IMG/VR virus record: IMGVR_UViG_3300045431_000601
Location: 32,001 to 96,000 of that record
Origin: a virus
DNA: 64,000 nt
Direction: 5' to 3' (one strand)
Shown: one piece after another, positions 18,204 through 28,008 of the stretch
Numbering within the stretch: position 1 is the stretch's first letter
Layout: each line of letters opens with the position of its first letter
Translations under genes and position numbers: made by a program
Notes under the pieces: generated by a model
The model's input: the letters and a program-made list of their open reading frames with translations, nothing else
Databases searched by the model: none
What the model was told of the DNA's origin: nothing

Positions 18204-20107
18204 AGAAAAAGATTCTCTATCATTCAGATTTTTCTTTAAGCAAAACTGGCTTTGGAAAGACAGCAAGAACAATATTAACTTATTTATATAACACTGGTAA
18301 ATACGATATTGTTCACTATTCCTGCGGAGTTCCTAAAAATCACATCGAGCTCCAAAGAACCCCATGGAAATCTGTCGGGACATTACCAGATGATTCACAA
18401 GTTTTAGAGAATTTACAGAAAGACCCCAACGCACTAAGAATGGCTAGTTATGGGTTTAATCATATAGATGAAATAATAAAAAATGAAAAACCAGATTTTT
18501 ATATTGGGGTCCAAGATATATGGGGAGTAGATTATTCAATATCAAAGCCTTGGTTTAAAAAAATTAATTCTGTTATTTGGACCACTCTAGACTCCTTGCC
18601 TATTTTAGATTCTGCTATAAAATATGCTCCAAAAATTAAAAACTATTGGATCTGGAGCGATTTTGCTACAAAAGCCCTTAATGATATGGGACATAAACAT
18701 GTTAAAACTATGCATGGCCCCGTAGACGTTTCAAATTTTTTTAGATTGTCAGATAAAAAAAGATCTGATTTAAGAGAAAGGTTTAATATCAATAAAAATA
18801 AATTTATAATTGGATTTGTATTTAGAAATCAATTAAGAAAAAGCGCTCCAAACCTAATTGAAGGATATGCTATATGGAAAAATAAAAATAATATAAAAAA
18901 TAGCGCTCTACTTTTGCACACCCACTTTGGAGAGGGATGGAACATAATGAAACTGGCAAAAGAGTACAATATAGATAGTAAAGAAATATATACGACATAT
19001 ATTTGTAAAAAATGTAAAAATTATGAAGTAAAACCTTTCGAAGGAGAAGGTTTAGATTGTCCGTTTTGTAATGAAAAGAAAAGTCAATTCACAACAAGCG
19101 TAAATCTTGGGGTATCTGAAAATCATTTAAACGAAATATACAATCTCATGGACGTGTACTGTCATCCTTTTACAAGCGGTGGGCAAGAAATTCCAATACA
19201 AGAAGCCAAGCTTACAGAATTAATTACTTTAGTTACAAACTATTCATGTGGAGAAGCCATGTGCGCACCAGAAGCATGCTCATTAACTTTAGATTGGTCA
19301 GAATACAGAGAACACGGAACAGAGTTTATTAAAGCTTCTACTAATCCGCAATCTATTGCACAACAATTAAAAGTTGTGTACGAAATGGATCTAAATAAGA
19401 AAAACGAAATGGGTGCAAAAGCGAGAGAGTGGACAATTAAAAATTATTCAGTTAAATCTATAGGAGAGAAAATAGAGTCATTTTTAGAATCAAATCCTAG
19501 AGTAGATTATAAGTTTGATTTTGAAGAAGAAAAGAAAGATCCATTTACTATCATTCCAGATATTGCAGATGATAAAGAATGGTTAAAATATTTATACGCA
19601 AAGATCTTAAAAAGACCAGAAGTAGACGAAGACGATGATGGCCATAAATATTGGATAGAACAAATCTCAAAAGGAGTCAAGAGAGAAGCAATAGAAAAGT
19701 ATTTTAGAGACGTTGCTTTTAAGGAAAACGAGTCTTTAGGCAAAAAATTTGAAGATTTACTTTTTGAACATGACAAAGGAAAAAGAATATTATACGTAAT
19801 GCCAGAAGACGCAAATAACGTTTTCCTGTCCAGTTCGATATTTGAATCAATTAAAAATACTTACACTGATCATACTCTATATGTTGCAACCAAGAAAGAG
19901 TATACTTCTATACTAGACGGAAATCCATTCGTAGATAAAGTTTTACCATATATACCTCAAATGGATTCTTTACCTTGGCTAGAAGGAGCAGGTCATCATG
20001 AGGGCTATTTTGAGATAGCTTTTGTCCCGCATTTAAATTTAATTAATCAAAAAGATTTTATTCACAACGGCAAAACAAAAATAGAATATAATATATGCAC
20101 ATTATAG
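18197..20107 (+). CDS. GT4-like (GT-B) glycosyltransferase with CxxC...CxxC insert and C-terminal GT9-like N-domain
   Basis: TGFGK, FRNQLRK, EIYNLMDVYCHPFTSGGQEIPIQEA; CKKC and CPFC; C-terminal ILYVMP...ILDGNPFVDKV. Confidence 0.75.
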   Translation: MVKKKILYHSDFSLSKTGFGKTARTILTYLYNTGKYDIVHYSCGVPKNHIELQRTPWKSVGTLPDDSQVLENLQKDPNALRMASYGFNHIDEIIKNEKPDFYIGVQDIWGVDYSISKPWFKKINSVIWTTLDSLPILDSAIKYAPKIKNYWIWSDFATKALNDMGHKHVKTMHGPVDVSNFFRLSDKKRSDLRERFNINKNKFIIGFVFRNQLRKSAPNLIEGYAIWKNKNNIKNSALLLHTHFGEGWNIMKLAKEYNIDSKEIYTTYICKKCKNYEVKPFEGEGLDCPFCNEKKSQFTTSVNLGVSENHLNEIYNLMDVYCHPFTSGGQEIPIQEAKLTELITLVTNYSCGEAMCAPEACSLTLDWSEYREHGTEFIKASTNPQSIAQQLKVVYEMDLNKKNEMGAKAREWTIKNYSVKSIGEKIESFLESNPRVDYKFDFEEEKKDPFTIIPDIADDKEWLKYLYAKILKRPEVDEDDDGHKYWIEQISKGVKREAIEKYFRDVAFKENESLGKKFEDLLFEHDKGKRILYVMPEDANNVFLSSSIFESIKNTYTDHTLYVATKKEYTSILDGNPFVDKVLPYIPQMDSLPWLEGAGHHEGYFEIAFVPHLNLINQKDFIHNGKTKIEYNICTL

Positions 20108-21234
20108 AAAAAATATCTACAAATACTGGTCTTAAAATAAAGAAGCCGTTTATATATGAGAAATTTTTTCCTTTAGACATTCAAAAATATATTATATTTA
20201 ATCCTAAAAGCTCAGAGGACGTAAAAAATTATGATTATTGGGATAGAGTATTAGATATTTTAAATTTTTATTTAAAAGAAAAGGATATAACTATCATACA
20301 GATTGGCGAGAAAAGAAGCGAAGACTATTCAGTAGGAGTAAACTTGACAGGAGCAACAGATCATAACACAAACGCCTACTTAATAAAAAATTCCTTGTTG
20401 TATCTAGGAACAGACGCGGTTGAGATGCAAGTTGCCTCTTCATTTAATATAAAAATATGCTCTTTAGTAAGTAATTATTACTTAGAAAATGTTAAGCCCT
20501 ACTGGTCTAAATCAGAAGATACGAGAATGCTTCAACCAAAAACTAATATAAAACCAAACTTTAGTTCCCAAGAAGGAACCAAGAGGATTAATACAATTCT
20601 TCCTGAGGATATAGCTTATAACGCCCTTGATCTTTTAGGGATTACCCATGAGAAGACTATAAAGACTTTATATATTGGTAAAAATTTCCATAATAAAACT
20701 TTTGAGATTATTCCTGATGGTAAAGTTAGCCTCAAAGATATACCGACAAATGTACCAATCGTGAGAATGGATTATCATTTTAACGGGGTCGTGCTAGAGT
20801 ATATCTTATCGCAAAAAAAAGCCATAATAATTACCAATAAAGAAATAGATATAGATTTATTAAAAAACTATAAAACGAATATTCAAACCATCATATATGT
20901 AATTGAAGAAAAAAATGAGCCGCGCTTTGTGAGTCAAATGGAGAATTTAGGCATAGATTATTCTCTCGTATCCTATTTAAAAGACATAAACCATTTAAAA
21001 ATTAAATATATTGATTTTAAATTAATTAACCATATACAGCTTAACACAAAGTCTCCTTTTGAAAATGGAGATAAAGATAATCTTTTCATATCTAATAGAT
21101 TATTGTTATCGTCTAAAGGCATTTTTAATACAAAATATACATATTTAAAATTAAGTAATACCAATCAAGTTCCGGATGATCCTTTGTTTTGGGGAGAAGC
21201 AGATAATGTTTTTATTTACAAAAATAAAAAATAA
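20095..21234 (+). CDS. GT9 (heptosyltransferase)-like C-terminal domain protein
   Basis: YIIFNP..KNYDYW, IIQIG, NLTGAT, LIKNSLLYLGTD...ASSFN match the GT9 second Rossmann domain. Confidence 0.6.
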   Translation: MHIIEKISTNTGLKIKKPFIYEKFFPLDIQKYIIFNPKSSEDVKNYDYWDRVLDILNFYLKEKDITIIQIGEKRSEDYSVGVNLTGATDHNTNAYLIKNSLLYLGTDAVEMQVASSFNIKICSLVSNYYLENVKPYWSKSEDTRMLQPKTNIKPNFSSQEGTKRINTILPEDIAYNALDLLGITHEKTIKTLYIGKNFHNKTFEIIPDGKVSLKDIPTNVPIVRMDYHFNGVVLEYILSQKKAIIITNKEIDIDLLKNYKTNIQTIIYVIEEKNEPRFVSQMENLGIDYSLVSYLKDINHLKIKYIDFKLINHIQLNTKSPFENGDKDNLFISNRLLLSSKGIFNTKYTYLKLSNTNQVPDDPLFWGEADNVFIYKNKK

Positions 21235-21243
21235 TGTTATTAT
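21215..21243 (+). promoter_or_regulatory. sigma70-type promoter TTTACA-17-(TGn)TATTAT
   Basis: -35 at 21215-21220, extended -10 at 21235-21243, ATG at 21253. Confidence 0.55.
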
Positions 21244-21252
21244 AAATAAACT

Positions 21253-21861
21253 ATGGAAAATTTTAATCAAACATGGTGGGATAAAAATTTAGAATCTAGA
21301 TTAAACGAATTTATCGGATGGGTAGGAGACGAAAATAGACATTCAAAAGTTTTTATTAGAAAATATGTAATTTCAAAGGCTTATAAAAGTTTAGTTGACT
21401 TAGGCTGTGGTACTGCCTCAGAATTTTTTGGATACAAAAAAGATTATCCCGAATTAAAATATTTAGGCGTTGATAGCAGCTCTTTCTTAAACAAGAGAGG
21501 TATGGAATTAGGCGTGCCTATGCTGCGATCAAACATTGAAAACGTTAATCTTCTAGATAGTAGCTATGAAGTAGCTTTTTCTAGGCACGTTTTAGAGCAT
21601 CAGCCTAGTTATAAAAACGGATTAAATGAATTAATTAGAATAGCCTCAAAAGAGGCTATTCATGTATTTTTTATTCCCCCACAAGAAGCACCAGAGCACA
21701 TTGATTATAATGCAACAGAAAATCTTTATAATAATAGATATAATTTAAAAGATATAGAGAATTATATTAAAAATAATAAAAAAGTTAAATCTTTTGATTG
21801 GATTGATTGCTCTGCTAATGGATACAACCCAGAAGTAGCTTTATGCATAAAAGTTTTATGA
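21253..21861 (+). CDS. Class I SAM-dependent methyltransferase
   Basis: LVDLGCGT, YLGVDSS, RHVLEH. Confidence 0.8.
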   Translation: MENFNQTWWDKNLESRLNEFIGWVGDENRHSKVFIRKYVISKAYKSLVDLGCGTASEFFGYKKDYPELKYLGVDSSSFLNKRGMELGVPMLRSNIENVNLLDSSYEVAFSRHVLEHQPSYKNGLNELIRIASKEAIHVFFIPPQEAPEHIDYNATENLYNNRYNLKDIENYIKNNKKVKSFDWIDCSANGYNPEVALCIKVL

Positions 21862-21890
21862 TTGACAGTCTTATAAGATTAATATAGAAT
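21862..21890 (+). promoter_or_regulatory. sigma70-type promoter TTGACA-17-TAGAAT
   Basis: -35 at 21862-21867, -10 at 21885-21890, ATG at 21898. Confidence 0.75.
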
Positions 21891-21897
21891 ATAGAAT

Positions 21898-22680
21898 ATG
21901 GAAGAAAAAACAGAATCCACAGTAATTCAGCCTAATATAGAATTTTCTTACACAGGAGAAGTCCCTGTTGAAGAGCCTAGAGATAGGCCATTCAAAACAA
22001 TAACAAGAAACAAATACGGCCTCGTGGAGGACGACTCTATCTCTTATATTTTTAACGAAGACAATTCAATTAATTGGAGGGCTATGGTAAAAAGCCAATA
22101 TCTTGTTCCGAATAGGCAAAAAACACAAGAGACAGATGTATCGAAGTTAGAAGATAAGGATTTGCTAATCCTTTTGGGAGGTATTAAAGAGCTAGCTCAG
22201 ATTAGGGGATACACGGATGTATCTTATCATGTCGTAGCTGCCTCGGATAATTATTTTGCTACATCATGTAAAATAAAATGGATTCCAAATTACGAGACAG
22301 AAGGAAGATCAATAACTTTTGAAGCTTTGGCAGACGCTACCCCTAACAACACCAAAAATTTTGCTAGATTCTTTCTAGCTGCAATAGCAGAGAATAGAGC
22401 CTTTGTAAGATGCGTTAGAAATTTTCTAAAGATAAATATTGTTTCACAAGAAGAATTAGGGGACGCCAAATTAATAGACGAAAGTCCTTCTCAACAGGAG
22501 AATATTATATCTCCTCATGTTCTCTTGGAAAAAGCAATGAGAGAAAAGGGCATATCCTTTGATCAATTAAAAAAGAAATTAATCAAAGAAAAATATGAGA
22601 ACGCAGACTCTATAGAATCTATAAAAGATATTTCAAAAAATAAGATATTTGAACTAATAGAAAGAGTTAAGAAATCTTAA
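21898..22680 (+). CDS. Putative single-strand annealing protein (Rad52/Sak/RecT-like)
   Basis: GGIKELAQIRG followed by beta strands and AENRAFVRCVRNFLKI...EEL, the terminal helix pattern typical of phage SSAPs. Confidence 0.45.
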   Translation: MEEKTESTVIQPNIEFSYTGEVPVEEPRDRPFKTITRNKYGLVEDDSISYIFNEDNSINWRAMVKSQYLVPNRQKTQETDVSKLEDKDLLILLGGIKELAQIRGYTDVSYHVVAASDNYFATSCKIKWIPNYETEGRSITFEALADATPNNTKNFARFFLAAIAENRAFVRCVRNFLKINIVSQEELGDAKLIDESPSQQENIISPHVLLEKAMREKGISFDQLKKKLIKEKYENADSIESIKDISKNKIFELIERVKKS

Positions 22681-22682
22681 GG

Positions 22683-24482
22683 TTAGCCGCCGATAACCAC
22701 ACGACCTCCAATTCCTATTACGGTCCAAACACCAGGAACCTGTCCTGTAAAAGACATAATGTTCTCGTCTGATTTAATTCCTATTTGTCCTGGTCGCCCA
22801 GTTGAGCCTGTTGCGCCTTTTACGCCTTTTGAGGCCACTGATGAATTGGTTGTGCCTTTGCCTCCTTGTTGGCCGTTTTGACCTACGGCTCCAGGATCTC
22901 CTGATTGACCAGTCACGTTTGATGCATTAGCGCCTGCAGAACCTTTTGAACCAGGATCTCCGTTGGCTCCTTTGTCTCCTGGACCACCAGCTAAGCCAGT
23001 ATCTCCTTGTATAATATCACCAGATGGTCCTTTAGAACCTCTATCTCCTGTTGCTCCTATCCCACCGCTAGGTCCTGAATCTCCGGCTAACTGTATAGTA
23101 GGTGTGTCTCCTGTAGGACCTTTGTCTCCAGGTACTGTTGGTCCGGTAGCGCCTTTTGCACCAATAATTGTTAAGCCCACATCGCCTGGTATTATTTGAC
23201 CAGGATTTCCCTGACTTCCAGTAGCACCAATCGTTCCGACTTGACCTTTTGTAGATGCTGGTTTTAGACCAGGCGGACCTGAATCACCAGCGAGAGGAGA
23301 AGGCTTAACTCCTTGATCACCAGGGATAGGAGAAGGCTTAACTCCCTGATCACCAGGGATAGGAGAAGGCTTAACTCCTTGATCACCAGGGATAGGAGAA
23401 GGCTTAACTCCCGAGTCTCCTTTTATATTTTGACCATCATCGCCTGTGGCTCCAATAATCATAATAGATTCTACAGGTTTTACGCCTTTATCTCCTATTT
23501 CGCCAATTATAGGATCAGGTCTATCTCCTTCTGGGCCTTGGGAACCTTTTTCGCCTCCTATTATTAAACCTGGTTTGCCACCAAGTCCTTTTAAGCCTTT
23601 TAATCCTTCTTTTGGAGATCCTTGGTCACCTTTAGCGCCTGGAGAGCCAAATTCTCCAATAATTATGGCGCCAAATTCTCCTCTGTTTCCTCTATCCCCT
23701 TTGGCACCAAATACAAGTCCGTATCCCATTTCTCCTGTATCTCCTCCAGAACCAGAAGCACCAATTGATCCTACGCCTCCTCTTTCGCCGCTTCCTCCTC
23801 TAGAGCCTTTACCTCCTATTATAAATACCCCATCTGATCCTGCACTTCCTCCAGAACCAGAAGCACCAATTGATCCTGCGCCTCCTCCTTCGCCGCTTCC
23901 TCCTCCTTTTCCTGATTTTCCGATACAACTAAGAGGGGGATTACATAAACCAGTAATTGGGAAGCTTTTGGTTGATAAAATCCAAGGAGGATCATTTGTA
24001 CCGTCATCTATAGGTCTCATTTTAGCTTCTCCTGCTACAAAAGGAATATCAGAACTTAAAATGTTAATCTCTTGTGAATTGTTTTTTATATTTAATTGAG
24101 GATTATTTTTTTGTAGATAAACATAATTAGAAATTGTTCTATTTTCAGTATAAATTCCTTCTTTTGCAAAAATTGTTCTATATTTTTTTCCATAAGTACT
24201 AATAGAACCTGAGCTAATTGGAAAGCCATCTATTCTAAAAAGATAATCTTTGTTTTGAGATTCTATATATAAATAGTTAACCTGTTGGTTTGTCCCAGGG
24301 ATCATATCTTCCCCCGAACATCTTTTCTTTTTAATATTATTCCAATGTTTAGGTTTACATATGCCGTTTGTATCTCCAAAACCTAAATTTCCCCAAAAAA
24401 TATTATCGCTCTTTCCTGAGGCGTATACCGACCATAAAGGTTCATCATAACTAATATCTTGGATAGGGTTATAATTTTTCAT
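22683..24482 (-). CDS. Collagen-like tail fibre protein (interrupted Gly-X-Y)
   Basis: About 380 aa of Gly-X-Y repeats; last gene of the tail module. Confidence 0.8.
   Translation of the reverse strand: MKNYNPIQDISYDEPLWSVYASGKSDNIFWGNLGFGDTNGICKPKHWNNIKKKRCSGEDMIPGTNQQVNYLYIESQNKDYLFRIDGFPISSGSISTYGKKYRTIFAKEGIYTENRTISNYVYLQKNNPQLNIKNNSQEINILSSDIPFVAGEAKMRPIDDGTNDPPWILSTKSFPITGLCNPPLSCIGKSGKGGGSGEGGGAGSIGASGSGGSAGSDGVFIIGGKGSRGGSGERGGVGSIGASGSGGDTGEMGYGLVFGAKGDRGNRGEFGAIIIGEFGSPGAKGDQGSPKEGLKGLKGLGGKPGLIIGGEKGSQGPEGDRPDPIIGEIGDKGVKPVESIMIIGATGDDGQNIKGDSGVKPSPIPGDQGVKPSPIPGDQGVKPSPIPGDQGVKPSPLAGDSGPPGLKPASTKGQVGTIGATGSQGNPGQIIPGDVGLTIIGAKGATGPTVPGDKGPTGDTPTIQLAGDSGPSGGIGATGDRGSKGPSGDIIQGDTGLAGGPGDKGANGDPGSKGSAGANASNVTGQSGDPGAVGQNGQQGGKGTTNSSVASKGVKGATGSTGRPGQIGIKSDENIMSFTGQVPGVWTVIGIGGRVVIGG
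23295..23411. repeat. 33-bp tandem repeat x3.5 encoding [11 protein letters not shown]
   Basis: aggagaaggcttaactcc(t/c)tgatcaccagggat repeated. Confidence 0.9.
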
Positions 24483-26407
24483 GCGGCGTAAGGAGGAGTA
24501 GCATAAACGATTCCATCTAAATCCCCAAGATATCTAGTACCAAGTAACATTCCGCTTTTTATTAAGTTTTTATCGCATGACTGTGAACCAAAAACTTCAA
24601 AAGAAATTCTTGGCCCAATAATAAAGGTTATATATTTTGCGTTATAAAAAGTTGTTGGAGAATCTCCGAAGTTAATGCTTACTATATCCCAAATACTTCC
24701 GTAGCCCATTCCGGTAGCACCTGTAGCTCCTGTAGCTCCTGTAGCCCCTGTAGCTCCTATACTGCCTGTAGCCCCAGTATCGCCCGTTGCGCCTCTTATT
24801 CCAGCGACGCCTTGCTGACCTTTATAAGAAGGTCCAACTATAGGACTGTTTCCAGACGGACCTGTTAATCCTCTATCTCCAGCAGGACCTTTTTGTCCTG
24901 TGGGACCTTTGATTCCAACGTTTCCAGTTGCGCCTTTTATTGAATTTCCTTTTGCTCCAGTATCTCCAATTGGTCCTTTTTGTCCTGTGATTCCTCTTTC
25001 GCCAATAGGTCCTTTTATTGAGGCTCCAGAAGGACCTTTGTCTCCTGTCGCCCCTTTTACTCCTTTTATACCTGTAGCTCCTTGAATCCCAGGCGAACCT
25101 GTCGCACCAGTAGAACCTTTTGGGCCAGTTGCTCCATTTATTCCTTGAACGCCTTTACCGCCAGTAGCGCCAGTACTCCCAATAGGTCCAAGAATTCCAG
25201 TGGCACCCGTAGATCCTATTGCGCCCTTTGCTCCAGGAACTCCAGTAGCTCCAGAAGCGCCCTTTGCTCCAGGAACTCCAGTAGCTCCAGAAGCGCCTTT
25301 TGCTCCAGGAACTCCAGTAGCTCCAGAAGCGCCTTTTGCTCCAGGAACTCCAGTAGCTCCAGAAGCGCCTTTTGGTCCCGTTGCTCCAGTTATGCCTTTG
25401 GCTCCGGTAGCGCCTGTAGCACCAGTAGAACCGGTAGAACCTTTGGGCCCTATACAAGTAGGAGGACAAGGACCTATAACTCCTTTTGGTCCAGTTTCCC
25501 CTTTTACTCCAGGAACGCCTGTAGAGCCAACTGGGCCAGTAGCCCCAGTTGAACCTGTTGCGCCTTCGCAACCAGGAGGACAAGGGCCTGTTGCGCCTTT
25601 CGCTCCACCAGGACCAGATGCGCCTTTAGCACCAGGTGCGCCCGTCGCTCCAGTCGAACCAGTAAAGCCTTTTATTCCAGGAGCACCAGTTGCGCCCGTC
25701 GCTCCAGTCGAACCAGTAAAGCCTTTTATTCCAGGAGCACCAGGTGCGCCCGTCGCTCCAGTCGAACCAGTAGAGCCTATTGACCCAGGGATAGAAAGAC
25801 CTGGAAGGCCATTAGCTCCATCTTCGCCTTTTATTCCAGGAGCACCAGTTGCACCCGTCGATCCAACGACGCCCGTAACACCTGTGGCTCCTGGAACACA
25901 ATCAGAGCATATTTTTTGCAATCGAAATGGTCGGGTAGTTAATACATAAGGAGGATTAACTGTCCCATCATTTATCATATACATTCTTGCTTCAGGTGGG
26001 CTTGCCATTATCAGACTAGAGGTAGTAATAGATATAACATTACGACTTGTTATACTTTTTATATATGCCATAGAAAGCATATCAGAAGAAAGAAAATACA
26101 ATAAATTTTTTGTATATTCACTAAATTGAAGAAGGGCGTAAGAATTTGTATTCCCTAAAAAGATATTCCTATATTGATTAGCATGAGCAGAAAATGAAAT
26201 CCAATCGCTTGCATTATAAAAAGAAGCAGTTATTTTATCTGGGCTAGGATAATAGATATAATTTACATTATAAAATCTGTCAGTCACATTTTCGTCATCT
26301 AAAGGATGAAGAGAATTTATACCAATCTGGAGAGCTTTATAAGCTTTATAATATTTAGCCCAAGATACAGAATATAGCTCTTGATTTATGGGAAATGTAT
26401 TTTGCAT
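24479..26407 (-). CDS. Collagen-like tail fibre protein (GAT/GST-rich)
   Basis: About 390 aa of nearly continuous Gly-X-Y with two CPPxC interruptions. Confidence 0.85.
   Translation of the reverse strand: MQNTFPINQELYSVSWAKYYKAYKALQIGINSLHPLDDENVTDRFYNVNYIYYPSPDKITASFYNASDWISFSAHANQYRNIFLGNTNSYALLQFSEYTKNLLYFLSSDMLSMAYIKSITSRNVISITTSSLIMASPPEARMYMINDGTVNPPYVLTTRPFRLQKICSDCVPGATGVTGVVGSTGATGAPGIKGEDGANGLPGLSIPGSIGSTGSTGATGAPGAPGIKGFTGSTGATGATGAPGIKGFTGSTGATGAPGAKGASGPGGAKGATGPCPPGCEGATGSTGATGPVGSTGVPGVKGETGPKGVIGPCPPTCIGPKGSTGSTGATGATGAKGITGATGPKGASGATGVPGAKGASGATGVPGAKGASGATGVPGAKGASGATGVPGAKGAIGSTGATGILGPIGSTGATGGKGVQGINGATGPKGSTGATGSPGIQGATGIKGVKGATGDKGPSGASIKGPIGERGITGQKGPIGDTGAKGNSIKGATGNVGIKGPTGQKGPAGDRGLTGPSGNSPIVGPSYKGQQGVAGIRGATGDTGATGSIGATGATGATGATGATGMGYGSIWDIVSINFGDSPTTFYNAKYITFIIGPRISFEVFGSQSCDKNLIKSGMLLGTRYLGDLDGIVYATPPYAA
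25221..25364. repeat. 36-bp tandem repeat x4 encoding [12 protein letters not shown]
   Basis: gcgcc(c/t)tttgctccaggaactccagtagctccagaa repeated. Confidence 0.9.
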
Positions 26408-26409
26408 TC

Positions 26410-28002
26410 TTAAACCTCAATGCTTTTTTGTTCATAAGACGATAATGTATTAGATAAGTTTGAACCAGAAACAATTAATTTAACGTTAATTTTATTTAAA
26501 TCAAAATATTTTTTATAATATACATCAATATAAACATTTTTTACATTTTTGTCTAGTTGAATAGAATGCGAGTATGTATTATTATTAAAATTTAAATAAC
26601 TTTTATTTTTAAAATCAACAAAATTTGTGCTATTTGTGCCTGTAGCTAAATTAAAAGCATCAAAAAAGTTTTTATTGTATGTTATGGATTGATTAGAATA
26701 TCCTGTTATTATCTTTTCTACAAAAACAGAAGCCATACCCGAACCTGTAACAGTTGTAATAAATCCAGTAACATTAATTCCGTCAATAATACCAGTGACA
26801 ACATTATTATAATCAATTAGTCCTTGCTGCGCATAACCATTAATTGTTGTATTTAGATTTTTAAATACAATCGCTCCATTTTCCATACCAGAAGCTTGGA
26901 CGTTTACATCCTGATTAGTTAAATACTGATTTAAGTAGACAAACTCTTCTAGGTTATCGTTAATAATTCCTGTGACTGTGTTGTTCGAAAGAAAATTATA
27001 CCCTGTTCCGCTAACGGAAACATTTTTAGATATATATCCAGAGCCATAAATATTGCCAGATAATTCTTCTCTCAATCCCGTAGACAATATAATATTAGCA
27101 GAAAAATTACCCGTATCTCCAGAGATATATTTTAAATTGACAGATAAGATTTTGTCTAAAGGCTCTTCTTGGGTATTATTTCTAGAAACAAGATCAGCAC
27201 TAATAACGTACCTTTCTAATCCACTAGCACCAATTTCAATTTCGCTTAAATTACTCTGATAAGTAGACACGTCGAATGTTTTAAAAAATTCTGAATTAGT
27301 TTTTGTTCCTGTAATAAAAAAATCTTTATTTATTAAACCAAAATTAGTATTTAGATTTAATTTAATAGGATAAACTTCAGAATTGTTATATGTGTTTTCA
27401 AGATTTACTAAAGGAGCGAATTGTATATTGTAATTATTTTGGTCTTTATTTATATCTAATATTTTAAAAATATTACTATAGTTAAAACTAGAATTAGATA
27501 TTGATCCAGAAAAAATTTCTATATTTTTATGATCTATGTCTATAAAATTTCCAGTTATTTGCTGTGAGCTTAAATCAAATGTATTTTGTATATCCAGACT
27601 ATAGCTAGGTAATTCTCCGTATATTTTTAAAGAACTTAAATTAAAATTTACATCTGAATTTATATAATAATTATTATAAGGTCTATAAAAATTAGCCGGA
27701 GCCGCGTAAATTAAATTCTTTGTTTCAATTGGAGTGCCATTAATATAACAAGAGAAAGCTTTGTCCTTAAAAACTCCAGATAAATATATATCTTCCCCAA
27801 GATTTAAGCTGTAAATATGCTTATTTTTAAAATATAATCTATTTTTTTTTACATTAAATTCTATCTTTTCATATGTAATATTTTTTAAATTTGATAGTCC
27901 AAAAAAAGAATTAATTGGATAAGATTCAATATTAAATTTTTTTACAAAAAAGAAATTTGTTTGATCAGGAAAACTAAAACTTTTATTTCCACTTATAATC
28001 AT
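26410..28002 (-). CDS. Putative tail-tip/baseplate structural protein
   Basis: Beta-rich, with TG/SG-rich motifs; located between the tail-tip and fibre genes. Confidence 0.5.
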   Translation of the reverse strand: MIISGNKSFSFPDQTNFFFVKKFNIESYPINSFFGLSNLKNITYEKIEFNVKKNRLYFKNKHIYSLNLGEDIYLSGVFKDKAFSCYINGTPIETKNLIYAAPANFYRPYNNYYINSDVNFNLSSLKIYGELPSYSLDIQNTFDLSSQQITGNFIDIDHKNIEIFSGSISNSSFNYSNIFKILDINKDQNNYNIQFAPLVNLENTYNNSEVYPIKLNLNTNFGLINKDFFITGTKTNSEFFKTFDVSTYQSNLSEIEIGASGLERYVISADLVSRNNTQEEPLDKILSVNLKYISGDTGNFSANIILSTGLREELSGNIYGSGYISKNVSVSGTGYNFLSNNTVTGIINDNLEEFVYLNQYLTNQDVNVQASGMENGAIVFKNLNTTINGYAQQGLIDYNNVVTGIIDGINVTGFITTVTGSGMASVFVEKIITGYSNQSITYNKNFFDAFNLATGTNSTNFVDFKNKSYLNFNNNTYSHSIQLDKNVKNVYIDVYYKKYFDLNKINVKLIVSGSNLSNTLSSYEQKSIEV

Positions 28003-28008
28003 ATTTTT

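Noticed and set aside
657-21164. Short antisense/overlapping ORFs of 60-105 aa within + strand genes, and the equivalent + strand ORFs within the late genes
   Set aside because: Fully nested opposite or within well-supported genes, with hydrophobic/low-complexity composition typical of AT-rich antisense frames.
23295-25364. 33- and 36-bp repeats as a possible CRISPR array, given the Cas4-like gene
   Set aside because: They are head-to-tail with no unique spacers, are multiples of 3 and lie inside coding sequence. No other cas genes are present.
22963-25949. Long Pro-rich + strand ORFs (e.g. 23446..24099, 25200..25949) and Arg/Ser/Trp-rich alternative-frame ORFs
   Set aside because: Shadows of Gly-X-Y codon periodicity in the collagen genes; no independent start signals.
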